From positions 1,538 through 65,537 of the forward strand of contig JASUSA010000007.1 of assembly GCA_030446305.1 (NCBI GenBank): a stretch of DNA of 64,000 nucleotides. The letters run 5' to 3'. Both the position numbers and the translations under genes were made by a program. Below are positions 37,206 through 46,371 of this stretch, piece by piece (the first letter of the stretch is position 1; each line of letters starts with the position of its first letter). Under the pieces are notes generated by a model, which ran no database searches, was not told where the DNA came from, and was given only the letters and a program-made list of their open reading frames with translations. This stretch comes from Clostridiales bacterium. Its GTDB lineage: Bacteria; Bacillota; Clostridia; Peptostreptococcales; Acidaminobacteraceae.

Positions 37206-38511
37206 ACTTTCGTTTAAGGCCAGCCTCATTCATATAGCGTACCTTACCAAAAATCTGTCGTTCCTGCCAAGGGCGATCGTGTTTTCCAAAGCACCATGCA
37301 ATCCCTGCATAGCCATTTGGATCTCTGCCATCGAGCGCATACTTGTCATTTAAATAGAGCATGGTTTGAAAAGCTTCATCAGGCGTTTCTGACCACTCTA
37401 TTATTTTTTTGCCCCAGTACATGCGCATATAATTATGGATTGTTCCCTCAGCAATAAGCTGGCACTGTGCGGCATTCCAGTAGGGATCATGCGTTTTAGC
37501 ACATTCAAATACCCAAGGCGTATAATGATAGTCGCGTGTATCACCACTGTGCACCATCAGTGTTTCCAGTGCCCACTTTGGTAAAATAGCAGCAAGCGAC
37601 TGATCGTAACCGTTCTCATAATAAACATAATTGTAAGCCAATTCTCGCCTGACGACCAATTGCTCAAAAAAAGCTTCGTCAAACGTTCCCGTCTGATACA
37701 TCTGCTCAACAATTGTCATCGGCGATATCTGGCCAAAATGCAAATATGGACTTAATCCAGAGGTCTGCATAAGATCCGGATCATTGCTAAATTCTGCATA
37801 GCCAGTAATCCCATTCTCAATAAACTGCATTAAGACATCCATCGCCTTTGAAAAACCGCCTCTATAACGTGTCGATGCCGGCAATGTTTCACAAGAAAAC
37901 AACCCCAATAACGATAGATCCATCAGCGCCGCTTTCCAATCGGCTTTTTGTATGAGATCAGGCAAGGTAAAGGGTTTATAATAATCATTAAAAAGCTTGT
38001 GAATATGCGGTCTAAGCACGTATGCACCATAAGCTGCCTTTGGGTACGCTGTCGTTACCGGAATGATCACGTTGGTATCAACTTGAACAATATCACATGA
38101 AACCCTCATCACCACAGTTTGCTTTAATTGGCGTTCATATTTTAAGTAGGCATCATCGATGACCAAGAGTGCTGCAGGTTGGCAGATTTCATCCAAAAAA
38201 TCAATTGGCTCGCCAATCCGCCACTGAAGATCGCAGCCCAGTGCAACCAGAGACGCCGTCGTCTCCGACAAGCCTTCCAGCATAAACTGAAAATGTCTCG
38301 TGTTGGCATTTGGAAAATTGGGCATTATGCAAAAGGCGACCGTCAGCGGCAGGCACAACTCATTTGCACGCTCTATAGCATATGCCAGGGCATGATTGTG
38401 TACCGTCCGCTGTGCCGACTGCATCCAGTACACGACTTTTGACGCCGATTTTATTTTGTCAGTATCGGCCTTTCCAGTCTTCCAACGTTTTATTCTGCCT
38501 TCTTCAATCAT
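37159..38511 (-). CDS. phr: Class II CPD deoxyribodipyrimidine photolyase
   Basis: The C-terminal FAD region [15 protein letters not shown]...[17 protein letters not shown]...[12 protein letters not shown] matches class II photolyases (archaeal/eukaryotic type) as I recall them. Confidence 0.88.
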   Translation of the reverse strand: MIEEGRIKRWKTGKADTDKIKSASKVVYWMQSAQRTVHNHALAYAIERANELCLPLTVAFCIMPNFPNANTRHFQFMLEGLSETTASLVALGCDLQWRIGEPIDFLDEICQPAALLVIDDAYLKYERQLKQTVVMRVSCDIVQVDTNVIIPVTTAYPKAAYGAYVLRPHIHKLFNDYYKPFTLPDLIQKADWKAALMDLSLLGLFSCETLPASTRYRGGFSKAMDVLMQFIENGITGYAEFSNDPDLMQTSGLSPYLHFGQISPMTIVEQMYQTGTFDEAFFEQLVVRRELAYNYVYYENGYDQSLAAILPKWALETLMVHSGDTRDYHYTPWVFECAKTHDPYWNAAQCQLIAEGTIHNYMRMYWGKKIIEWSETPDEAFQTMLYLNDKYALDGRDPNGYAGIAWCFGKHDRPWQERQIFGKVRYMNEAGLKRKFKMSDYVARYREATE

Positions 38512-38586
38512 CTTCGTCCCTCGATTATCTCACATCGTTATTCGTCTAATGCGCCCCCTGCTCAATGATCCTGTACTCAATTGTTT

Positions 38587-40287
38587 CTAATGCACCGTAC
38601 GTTCTTTTAAATATTTTAAAAAGTGCTCATTGCGCACCTGTTCGTTTTGCGCCATCCATGCTTTTGCACCTGTTTTGGCCTCGTTAACGGTTTCATAAAA
38701 ATAAGTTTCACCCACGCGCTGTGCAAACCCGTTTTTGTGCATCATTTTATATGGCTGTGCCTGAACACCTGAAAACATCAGCTTTACACGATGAGTCCGG
38801 CATCTCTTTTCGAGTCTTAAAAGCGCATTAAATGCCGTTACATCCATAATGGGCACATGCCGCATTCGCAAAATTAATACCCGATAATCATCTCTAAAAT
38901 CACGAAGCGCTTCAACAAATTTATCTGCAGCACCAAAGAAAAAAGGTCCGTTAATTTCATAAACGACAACGCCCTTCTCCATCAGCTGGAGCGGCTCTGT
39001 TTCCTCATCTTCAAATCGGTCAGCCAGTAAGACGCTGACATCCGCAGCATCTGCCATCCGCTTTACGAATAGGAATGCAGCCAGAATAATGCCAACTTCA
39101 ATTGCCGCCACCAAGTCGATGAGCACCGTGAGAAAAAACGTCATGAGCAGCACCGCTACATCGCTTTTTGGCGCCTGCAAAAGTGCTGCAAATTCACGCC
39201 ACTCACTCATATTATAGGCGACAATCATCAAGACGGCTGCCAATGACGACAGCGGTATCAACTGTGCATAAGGCATAAAAATAATGACAATTAAAAACAG
39301 AACAGCCGCATGCACAATGCCCGCTACCGGTGTGCGACCGCCATTTTTAACATTGGCAGCCGTTCTGGCAATAGCACCAGTCGCCGGTATACCACCCATG
39401 ATCCCAGAAGCGATATTGGCAATCCCCTGTGCGACAAGCTCCATATTAGAGCGATGCCTGCCGCCAATCATACCATCTGAAACGACACATGCCAAAAGTG
39501 ATTCGATAGCGCCGAGAACCGCTATGGTAAAAGCGGGTTTCATGAGTTCCTGCAGTCGTTCAATTGAGACAACAGGCAAGTGCGGCATTGGTATCGTGCG
39601 CGATAAGGCACCGAACTTGGCGCCGACTGTCATCACATCTAGGTGAAATGCCTGTACCAAAAGCGTTGTTACCACGAGTGCAATTAACGAACCCGGTATC
39701 TTTTTATTAAATTTCGGCCATATGATGGCCACAATGAGCGCCAGCGAGCCCACAAGTGTGGTCTGAATACTCAGTTGATTAAAGTGACTGAGATACGCGC
39801 CCCATTTTTCAATAAATTCCGATGGCACTTCCGACATATTGAGACCAAAGAAATCATTGATCTGAGTACTGAAAATGACAAGGGCAATACCGCTGGTAAA
39901 ACCGGTTGTGATCGGATAGGGAATAAACTTTATCAAGCTCCCGAATCCCAACAGCCCCATGGCAATAAGGATAATGCCCGCCATAATGGTTGCAATAATG
40001 AGACCATCTAAACCGTATTGTACAACAATACCATAGACGATCACCATAAAAGCACCTGTCGGCCCGCCGATTAAAACACGGCTTCCACCAAAAAACGAAA
40101 TAAAAAATCCGGCTATAATAGCCGTCCAGAGCCCCATTTCGGGTGTCACACCGGATGCGATCCCCAGTGCAATTGATAGCGGCAATGCTATGATGGCAAC
40201 GATGATTCCCGCTGTAACATCTGCGAGAAACTGTTCTCTATTGTAATCGCGCAAAGTCGTCCATAACTTAGGTATAAACTTTGACAT
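38587..40287 (-). CDS. SulP-family anion transporter with C-terminal STAS domain
   Basis: N-terminal DVTAGIIVAIIALPLSIALGIASG. The STAS part is VVVYEINGPFFFGAADKF. AAAGGAGG RBS before ATG 40287. Confidence 0.9.
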   Translation of the reverse strand: MSKFIPKLWTTLRDYNREQFLADVTAGIIVAIIALPLSIALGIASGVTPEMGLWTAIIAGFFISFFGGSRVLIGGPTGAFMVIVYGIVVQYGLDGLIIATIMAGIILIAMGLLGFGSLIKFIPYPITTGFTSGIALVIFSTQINDFFGLNMSEVPSEFIEKWGAYLSHFNQLSIQTTLVGSLALIVAIIWPKFNKKIPGSLIALVVTTLLVQAFHLDVMTVGAKFGALSRTIPMPHLPVVSIERLQELMKPAFTIAVLGAIESLLACVVSDGMIGGRHRSNMELVAQGIANIASGIMGGIPATGAIARTAANVKNGGRTPVAGIVHAAVLFLIVIIFMPYAQLIPLSSLAAVLMIVAYNMSEWREFAALLQAPKSDVAVLLMTFFLTVLIDLVAAIEVGIILAAFLFVKRMADAADVSVLLADRFEDEETEPLQLMEKGVVVYEINGPFFFGAADKFVEALRDFRDDYRVLILRMRHVPIMDVTAFNALLRLEKRCRTHRVKLMFSGVQAQPYKMMHKNGFAQRVGETYFYETVNEAKTGAKAWMAQNEQVRNEHFLKYLKERTVH

Positions 40288-40427
40288 AAAGCCTCCTTTT
40301 GAAGTTTCCACAACAATTTTAGCACTGCGGTAACACTTTGTATACAGTATATTTTCAAAACAACATGTCATTTGTGTTTCAATGTCTTTTCAGATATAAT
40401 ATCCATGATATCCATATGGAGGTAAAC

Positions 40428-41642
40428 ATGATTATAAAGCTTCATCAAAAGCACTTAGATAAATATAAGAAGCGCTACCCGCTGCTTTTCAAAGAAGCGT
40501 TAATGGGCGCACATCAGTTGGATCAGGTCGAAGAAGGGACACTGCTCAAGCTCGTCGACACCAACAACAAATTCATTGCAACAGCTTACTATGGCATCCA
40601 AAACAAAGGGCTTGGCTGGGTTCTTTCAAATCGTGAAAGCGAACGCATTGACGAACTGTTTTTCACACGTAAGATTTATCAATCCATTGAAAAACGTTTA
40701 GGACTCTACAATAATCCCAAGACCAATTGTTTTCGCGTTTTCAATGGTGAAGGCGACGGCATCGGCGGACTGACCATTGATTATTTCAACGGCTACTATC
40801 TTATTAATTATTACAGCAAAGGCATCTACCATTTTAAAGCACTCATTGAAAAGGCGCTGTCAAAAAGCGTTGAATACGATGCGATTTATGAAAAAATGCG
40901 TTTTAGTGAAGACGGCGATGAAACCCCAAATGATGGTTTTGTTATGGGAAAACCTGCTGCATTCCCCATCCTCGTTCGGGAAAATGACGTTCAATTTGCC
41001 ATTTACTTTAACGATGGTGCCATGGTTGGCCTCTTTTTAGACCAGCGCGATGTTCGACGTGCCATCCGGCATCAGTATGCCAAGGGCAAAGTTGTCTTAA
41101 ACACGTTTGCCTATACCGGCGCCTTTTCCGTTTTTGCCGCACTTGGCGGCGCGAAGCAGGTTTACAGCGTCGACCTTGCCAACCGTACCAGTGAGCGCAT
41201 TACAGAAAATTATCAGCTCAATGACGTCAACCCTGAGTCACATCCGGTTATTATTGAGGATATTTTCAATTACTTTAAATTTGCACAAAAGAAAAACCTT
41301 AAGTACGATCTCGTCATTCTCGATCCACCGAGTTTTGCTAAATCTAAACAATTCACTTTTTCTGCCGAAAAGGACTACCCGGAGCTGCTTGCAGACGCTA
41401 TTCGCATTACGGAACCGGGCGGCATTATCATTGCATCTACCAATGCGGCTAGCTTTGATATGGCAAAATTCAAGCAACTGATCGGCAAAGGCTTTAACTT
41501 GGCGCGTGCACGATTTGAAATTGTAGAAACATTCAAGCAGCCGCGTGATTTCAAATACAATCACGCTTACCCTGAGGGAAACTATTTAAAGGTACTGGCG
41601 ATACGCGTCGAAAAGCCAAAATTAAAGACACCTTCACTTTAG
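40428..41642 (+). CDS. Class I SAM-dependent rRNA methyltransferase (RlmI/RlmK-like, PUA + MTase)
   Basis: N-terminal PUA-like region, FLDQR, NTFAYTGAFSV, and the ILDPPSF motif IV. GGAGG RBS before ATG 40428. Confidence 0.85.
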   Translation: MIIKLHQKHLDKYKKRYPLLFKEALMGAHQLDQVEEGTLLKLVDTNNKFIATAYYGIQNKGLGWVLSNRESERIDELFFTRKIYQSIEKRLGLYNNPKTNCFRVFNGEGDGIGGLTIDYFNGYYLINYYSKGIYHFKALIEKALSKSVEYDAIYEKMRFSEDGDETPNDGFVMGKPAAFPILVRENDVQFAIYFNDGAMVGLFLDQRDVRRAIRHQYAKGKVVLNTFAYTGAFSVFAALGGAKQVYSVDLANRTSERITENYQLNDVNPESHPVIIEDIFNYFKFAQKKNLKYDLVILDPPSFAKSKQFTFSAEKDYPELLADAIRITEPGGIIIASTNAASFDMAKFKQLIGKGFNLARARFEIVETFKQPRDFKYNHAYPEGNYLKVLAIRVEKPKLKTPSL

Positions 41643-41737
41643 TGCGATCTATCCGCTGATGCAAGATCTGTTTAAAAAGACTAGCGTTTCTGACACAGTC
41701 TGATCTGCTTTCCTCTGCTACAACTCGATTTTGTTCC

Positions 41738-41770
41738 TAAAAAAGCCGCTTTCTCTCGAAAGCGGCTTTC
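41738..41770 (-). terminator. Intrinsic terminator downstream of the DEAD-box helicase
   Basis: AAAGCCGCTTTC-TCTC-GAAAGCGGCTTT with a T-run on the minus strand. Confidence 0.85.
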
Positions 41771-41804
41771 CATTATACTTATGCTAATTGCAATTGCATT
41801 AAGA

Positions 41805-43565
41805 TTAGGCATTCTTGTTGCCTTTAAATTTAACGCGTTTTTTCTCTCTTCTGTCAAAATCCTTCTTGTAATCCTTTTTAAAATTGTTGCCATATACTTT
41901 TTTCTTGCCGGCTTTTGCCGGTTCAATGTTGACTTCACGGCCCTTGATCGTGCTGTTGGCCATGCGCTCAATAACGCGTTCTACATAGGAATTTGGAATT
42001 TCCACAAATGAGAAGGTATCAAAGATATCAACGCTGCCAATCTTGCTCCCTTCAATGCCGGCTTCATTGGCAATGGCGCCGACCAAATCTCGAACGCGAA
42101 CATTGCTGCTGTTGCCCACATTGATATGAAGGCGCGTCATATTCCCGTTGCGTTTGCTGTTGCCACGTCTTGCACCATCGCGACCAGCATCTCGGCCGGC
42201 ATCTCGCCCACCATCACGGTCTCTGCGCATATAGTTGCTTCGGTTATTGTCAACAGAATCAATTTCAACTTTTTCTTCCATTTCAAGTTCCATCTGTACC
42301 AGTGCTGCTGCAACTTCAACGGCAGAATACGAAGATTCTGTAAAAGATTCGATAATTTCAATAAATTTCTGATCAATGCCGGAATCAATTTTATCTTTAA
42401 CTTTGTTGAGGAAGATATCGCGCTTAATGGCTTCCAAATCACTGATTTTTGGTATCGGATGAAACTTCATTTCAGATTTCGTATAGCGCTGGATACTTCT
42501 GAGCAGATGGTAATCGCGATTCGTAATGAAGGTGTAGCTCGTGCCTTCACGACCTGCTCTGCCCGTTCTGCCGATACGGTGGACATAGTATTCTTCATGT
42601 GTCGGCATATCATAGTTAAATACCGCTTCAACGTTGTCAATATCCAGACCCCTCGCTGCAACATCTGTTGCAACCAGCAATTCTATGTCACCGCGTTTGA
42701 ATTTATTAATGACGTTGATTCGAAGTGTTTGCTTCATATCGCCATGAATTTTGTCACAGAGATAACCTCTCGCTTGGAGCATATCGGCAACTTCATCCAC
42801 GCGTTTCTTGGTATTACAGAAGACGATGGATAATTTATAGTTATACATATCGACAAGACGAGAAAGAATCTCAAGTTTGTCTCTGTCTTTAACCTCTAAA
42901 TAGACTTGACTAATATTCGGCGTCGTAAGCTCTTTGTGTGCGACTTTCAATATTTCAGGTTCTGTCAAGTATTTATCGATGATTTTTAAAATTTCTGGCG
43001 GCATCGTCGCCGAAAAGAGCATTTTTTGAATATCATGATCGACTTCATCCAAAACCATTTCAATATCTTCTCGGAAACCCATGTTGAGCATTTCATCTGC
43101 TTCATCGAGAACAAGCATCTTTAAATGATCGAGTTTAAGCGTTCTTCTTCGAAGGTGATCCAAAACGCGGCCCGGTGTCCCGATAACGATTTGAACCCCT
43201 TTCTTTAGGCCTCTGATCTGACGTTCGATATCCTGTCCGCCAAATACAGGCAGAATATAGACGCCTCTTTTAAACTTTGCAATTTTATTGACTTCTTCCG
43301 ATATCTGAACGGCGAGTTCCCGAGTCGGACAGAGCACTAGCGCCTGTACATTCTTTTGTTTGGGATCAAGCGTTTCAAGCATTGGTATCGCGAAAGCCGC
43401 TGTTTTACCAGTTCCGGTCTGGGCTTGACCGACGAGATCAATACCCCTCAATGCAGCCGGTATAGCCATTGACTGTATTGGCGTCGTCTCCTCAAATCCC
43501 ATCTCCTCGACTGCTTTAACGATTTCTTTCGAAATCTCTAGTGCACTAAATTGTACTTTATCCAT
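41805..43565 (-). CDS. DEAD-box ATP-dependent RNA helicase with DbpA-type RNA-binding domain and basic tail
   Basis: Q motif, AQTGTGKT, DEAD, SAT, HRIGRTGRAG. The C-terminal DbpA-like domain is followed by an RD/RG-rich and then Lys-rich tail. Confidence 0.92.
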   Translation of the reverse strand: MDKVQFSALEISKEIVKAVEEMGFEETTPIQSMAIPAALRGIDLVGQAQTGTGKTAAFAIPMLETLDPKQKNVQALVLCPTRELAVQISEEVNKIAKFKRGVYILPVFGGQDIERQIRGLKKGVQIVIGTPGRVLDHLRRRTLKLDHLKMLVLDEADEMLNMGFREDIEMVLDEVDHDIQKMLFSATMPPEILKIIDKYLTEPEILKVAHKELTTPNISQVYLEVKDRDKLEILSRLVDMYNYKLSIVFCNTKKRVDEVADMLQARGYLCDKIHGDMKQTLRINVINKFKRGDIELLVATDVAARGLDIDNVEAVFNYDMPTHEEYYVHRIGRTGRAGREGTSYTFITNRDYHLLRSIQRYTKSEMKFHPIPKISDLEAIKRDIFLNKVKDKIDSGIDQKFIEIIESFTESSYSAVEVAAALVQMELEMEEKVEIDSVDNNRSNYMRRDRDGGRDAGRDAGRDGARRGNSKRNGNMTRLHINVGNSSNVRVRDLVGAIANEAGIEGSKIGSVDIFDTFSFVEIPNSYVERVIERMANSTIKGREVNIEPAKAGKKKVYGNNFKKDYKKDFDRREKKRVKFKGNKNA

Positions 43566-43934
43566 TCATAAATCCTTTCTTATACTTACTGATCTTCATT
43601 CGTGACCTACACGTGATCTTCATATGTGAAGCAAGTTTCCCTGCATATGTTTCGCTATTAAACAACACATTATATCATAGGTTATCATATTTCCCTATCT
43701 ATTTTTTTAGTATTCTCACAATTATAACAAAAAAATAACGTTAAGTGAAGTTTTACCTAACGTTAGTGCACGAATTTTCATTTTTGTGCGTCTATTGGTT
43801 GTGTTATTTGAGGAAATTGCACACTTATAAAGCCTTATTATTTGTGAATTGCATATGATGTGACAATACGACATTGTTTGCGACCGCTATGCTTTAATGT
43901 TCGTTGATACATCCTCAATTACACGTATCGATGA

Positions 43935-44543
43935 TTAAAGCGATTTTTTTGAGATGGCCATAAATGGATTGAGATCAAAATAATGCTCCAGCAATTGCGC
44001 CGATCTGATGGTAACATCTTCCTCGTTCAATATTTTTTGTGCCATGGCCTTATCCACAAAGACGATCTCTGCATCTTCTTTATCCTCTTGATTTTCTTTT
44101 GACGCCGTGCCGCTGTAGTAACCAAAAGCAACATTGACACATTCGTTGACGATACCAACAGAAACGTAACGCGCAGGTGACAGATGGATGAGTTCAAGCG
44201 TCAGTCCGGTTTCTTCAAAAAACTCCCGCTTAGCGGTTTCGTCTAGTGCCTCCCCCGCATTGATCAGTCCCGCTGGGAACATGTACACATAACCACCTGC
44301 GGATACGCGGAATTCTTTCAGCATCGCCACTTTCGTTCGCGTCTCATCAACAGCAAATACCATAACGCCGTCTGAATAGCGCTTTTTATGATATATTTCA
44401 CTTTCCAGCCGATCCAGTCCGGCTCTGGAGATAAGTTCCCACTTTGCATCATTGCCTGATTTTGTTTTATAGTTGATTTCATATGCTTTTAAATAATTGA
44501 GCTTTTCGATGCTGCGGACATCGGTGACTTTAAGTTTTGACAT
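43935..44543 (-). CDS. NUDIX hydrolase (ADP-ribose pyrophosphatase-like)
   Basis: Nudix box GLINAGEALDETAKREFFEETGL. GGGAGAGG RBS before ATG 44543 (the track start at 44690 overlaps the divergent gene). Confidence 0.85.
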   Translation of the reverse strand: MSKLKVTDVRSIEKLNYLKAYEINYKTKSGNDAKWELISRAGLDRLESEIYHKKRYSDGVMVFAVDETRTKVAMLKEFRVSAGGYVYMFPAGLINAGEALDETAKREFFEETGLTLELIHLSPARYVSVGIVNECVNVAFGYYSGTASKENQEDKEDAEIVFVDKAMAQKILNEEDVTIRSAQLLEHYFDLNPFMAISKKSL

Positions 44544-44657
44544 GCGGTATTCCTCTCCCTTTAAAATATGTCTCACGCTTTTCATTGCCTTTTTTTCTAC
44601 TTTTATTATATAATATCTAAGGCTATTATATGAACGTTTTTTAGGAAGGATTTCTGC

Positions 44658-46214
44658 ATGAGCATACTCAACGTGAAAAACCTGAGTCATGGTTTTGGCG
44701 CACGCGCTATTTTTAACAACGTGTCCTTTAGGCTTTTAAAGGGCGAGCACATTGGCCTCATCGGCGCCAATGGCGAAGGCAAATCAACCTTTATGAATAT
44801 TATCACCCATAAACTCGAACCAGATGACGGCATCGTGGAATGGTCAAAACGCGTACGTTCAGGGTATCTCGACCAGCATACGGCGCTTGAACCCGGCATG
44901 ACCATTAAAAATGTACTGGAAAGTGCTTTTCAATACCTCTTCGACATGGAAGCGGAAATGAATGATTATTACATGAAAATGGGCGATGTCGAACCGGAAG
45001 CACTCGAATCCTTGCTTGAAGAAGTCGGCACCATTCAAGATATTCTCGATCACAACGATTTTTATATTATTGATGCAAAAGTCAATGATGTCGCCAAGGG
45101 GTTGGGACTTTTAGAGATCGGACTCGACAAGACAGTTGAAAGCTTGAGTGGCGGACAGCGCACAAAAATCCTGCTGGCAAAGCTTCTGCTTGAAAAGCCT
45201 GATATACTCTTGCTTGATGAACCGACAAACTATTTAGATGAAGAACATATTGAATGGCTCCGTCGGTATCTTCAAGGGTACGAAAATGCCTTTATTCTCA
45301 TTTCGCATGATATCCCATTTTTGAACAGCGTTGTCAACCTCATTTATCATATGGAAAATCAGGAGCTCAATCGATACGTCGGCGACTACGATAATTTCAT
45401 GCGCATCTACGAAGCAAAGAAAAAACAGGTCGAAGCGGCTTATCGCCAACAACAACAGGAAATCTCAGAGCTCGAAGATTTTGTCGCAAGAAATAAGGCG
45501 CGCGTCGCCACACGCAACATGGCCATGTCCAGACAAAAGAAGCTGGACAAAATGGATCGCATTGAACTCGCACGTGAAAAACCAAAACCGGAATTTAATT
45601 TTAAAACGGCGCGAACTTCCGGCAAACTTATCTTTAAAGTAACAGATCTCGTCATCGGTTATGATACACCGCTCTGTCGGCCGCTGAACCTCCTCATGGA
45701 ACGCGGTCAAAAGATCGCAATCACGGGTGCTAACGGCCTGGGAAAGACGACACTGCTGCGCAGTATTCTCGGTGAAATCCAAGCACTTTCAGGCGATGTT
45801 GCACTGGGTGAACATCAGTTCATCGGCTACTTTGAACAGGAAATTAAAGAAGCCAACTACAAGACGTGTATTGAGGAAGTTTGGGAAACCTTTCCTGCCA
45901 TGACACAGTATGAAGTGCGTGCTGCACTTGCAAAATGCGGTTTGACGACACAGCACATCGAAAGCAAGGTCGTCGTCCTCAGCGGCGGTGAACAAGCTAA
46001 AGTCAGACTGTGCAAGTTAATCAATCAAGAAACGAACTTCCTCGTGCTCGATGAACCGACCAATCATCTGGATGTCAACGCTAAAGCAGAACTGAAAAGA
46101 GCCCTTCAAGCTTATCCCGGTTCTGTGCTGCTCATCAGTCATGAACCTGAATTCTATCAGGATATTGTGACAGACATCTGGAATTTAGAACAGTGGACCA
46201 CGAAAATCGTTTAA
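44658..46214 (+). CDS. ABC-F family ATPase (two ABC domains, no TM domain)
   Basis: Two Walker A sites (GANGEGKST, GANGLGKTT), two signature motifs (LSGGQRTK, LSGGEQAK) and a charged inter-domain linker. Confidence 0.92.
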   Translation: MSILNVKNLSHGFGARAIFNNVSFRLLKGEHIGLIGANGEGKSTFMNIITHKLEPDDGIVEWSKRVRSGYLDQHTALEPGMTIKNVLESAFQYLFDMEAEMNDYYMKMGDVEPEALESLLEEVGTIQDILDHNDFYIIDAKVNDVAKGLGLLEIGLDKTVESLSGGQRTKILLAKLLLEKPDILLLDEPTNYLDEEHIEWLRRYLQGYENAFILISHDIPFLNSVVNLIYHMENQELNRYVGDYDNFMRIYEAKKKQVEAAYRQQQQEISELEDFVARNKARVATRNMAMSRQKKLDKMDRIELAREKPKPEFNFKTARTSGKLIFKVTDLVIGYDTPLCRPLNLLMERGQKIAITGANGLGKTTLLRSILGEIQALSGDVALGEHQFIGYFEQEIKEANYKTCIEEVWETFPAMTQYEVRAALAKCGLTTQHIESKVVVLSGGEQAKVRLCKLINQETNFLVLDEPTNHLDVNAKAELKRALQAYPGSVLLISHEPEFYQDIVTDIWNLEQWTTKIV

Positions 46215-46220
46215 ATTCAT

Positions 46221-46316
46221 AAAAATGGCTGTCAATCAGTTTGTTACCCCACTTATCACAATACCTTCACAAGTTATTTGCTAAATGGGAAAACACCTTT
46301 TTGACAGCCTTATTTG
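46221..46316. terminator. Long hairpin between convergent genes (possible bidirectional terminator)
   Basis: GGCTGTCAA (46227-46235) and TTGACAGCC (46301-46309), flanked by AAAAAT and TTATTTG. The 65-nt loop makes this atypical. Confidence 0.3.
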
Positions 46317-46371
46317 TTAGTCACATCTTACTTTTCCGTTATGTTTCTCTCTCATGCACATTATACCGCAG

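Noticed and set aside
41681-41971. 96-aa minus-strand ORF and 76-aa plus-strand ORF at the helicase 3' end
   Set aside because: They span the intrinsic terminator and the Lys-rich tail region of the helicase gene in other frames, so they are artefacts.
42126-42833. 235-aa plus-strand ORF inside the DEAD-box helicase gene
   Set aside because: It is antisense to a gene with all helicase motifs. It has no RBS and an implausible composition.
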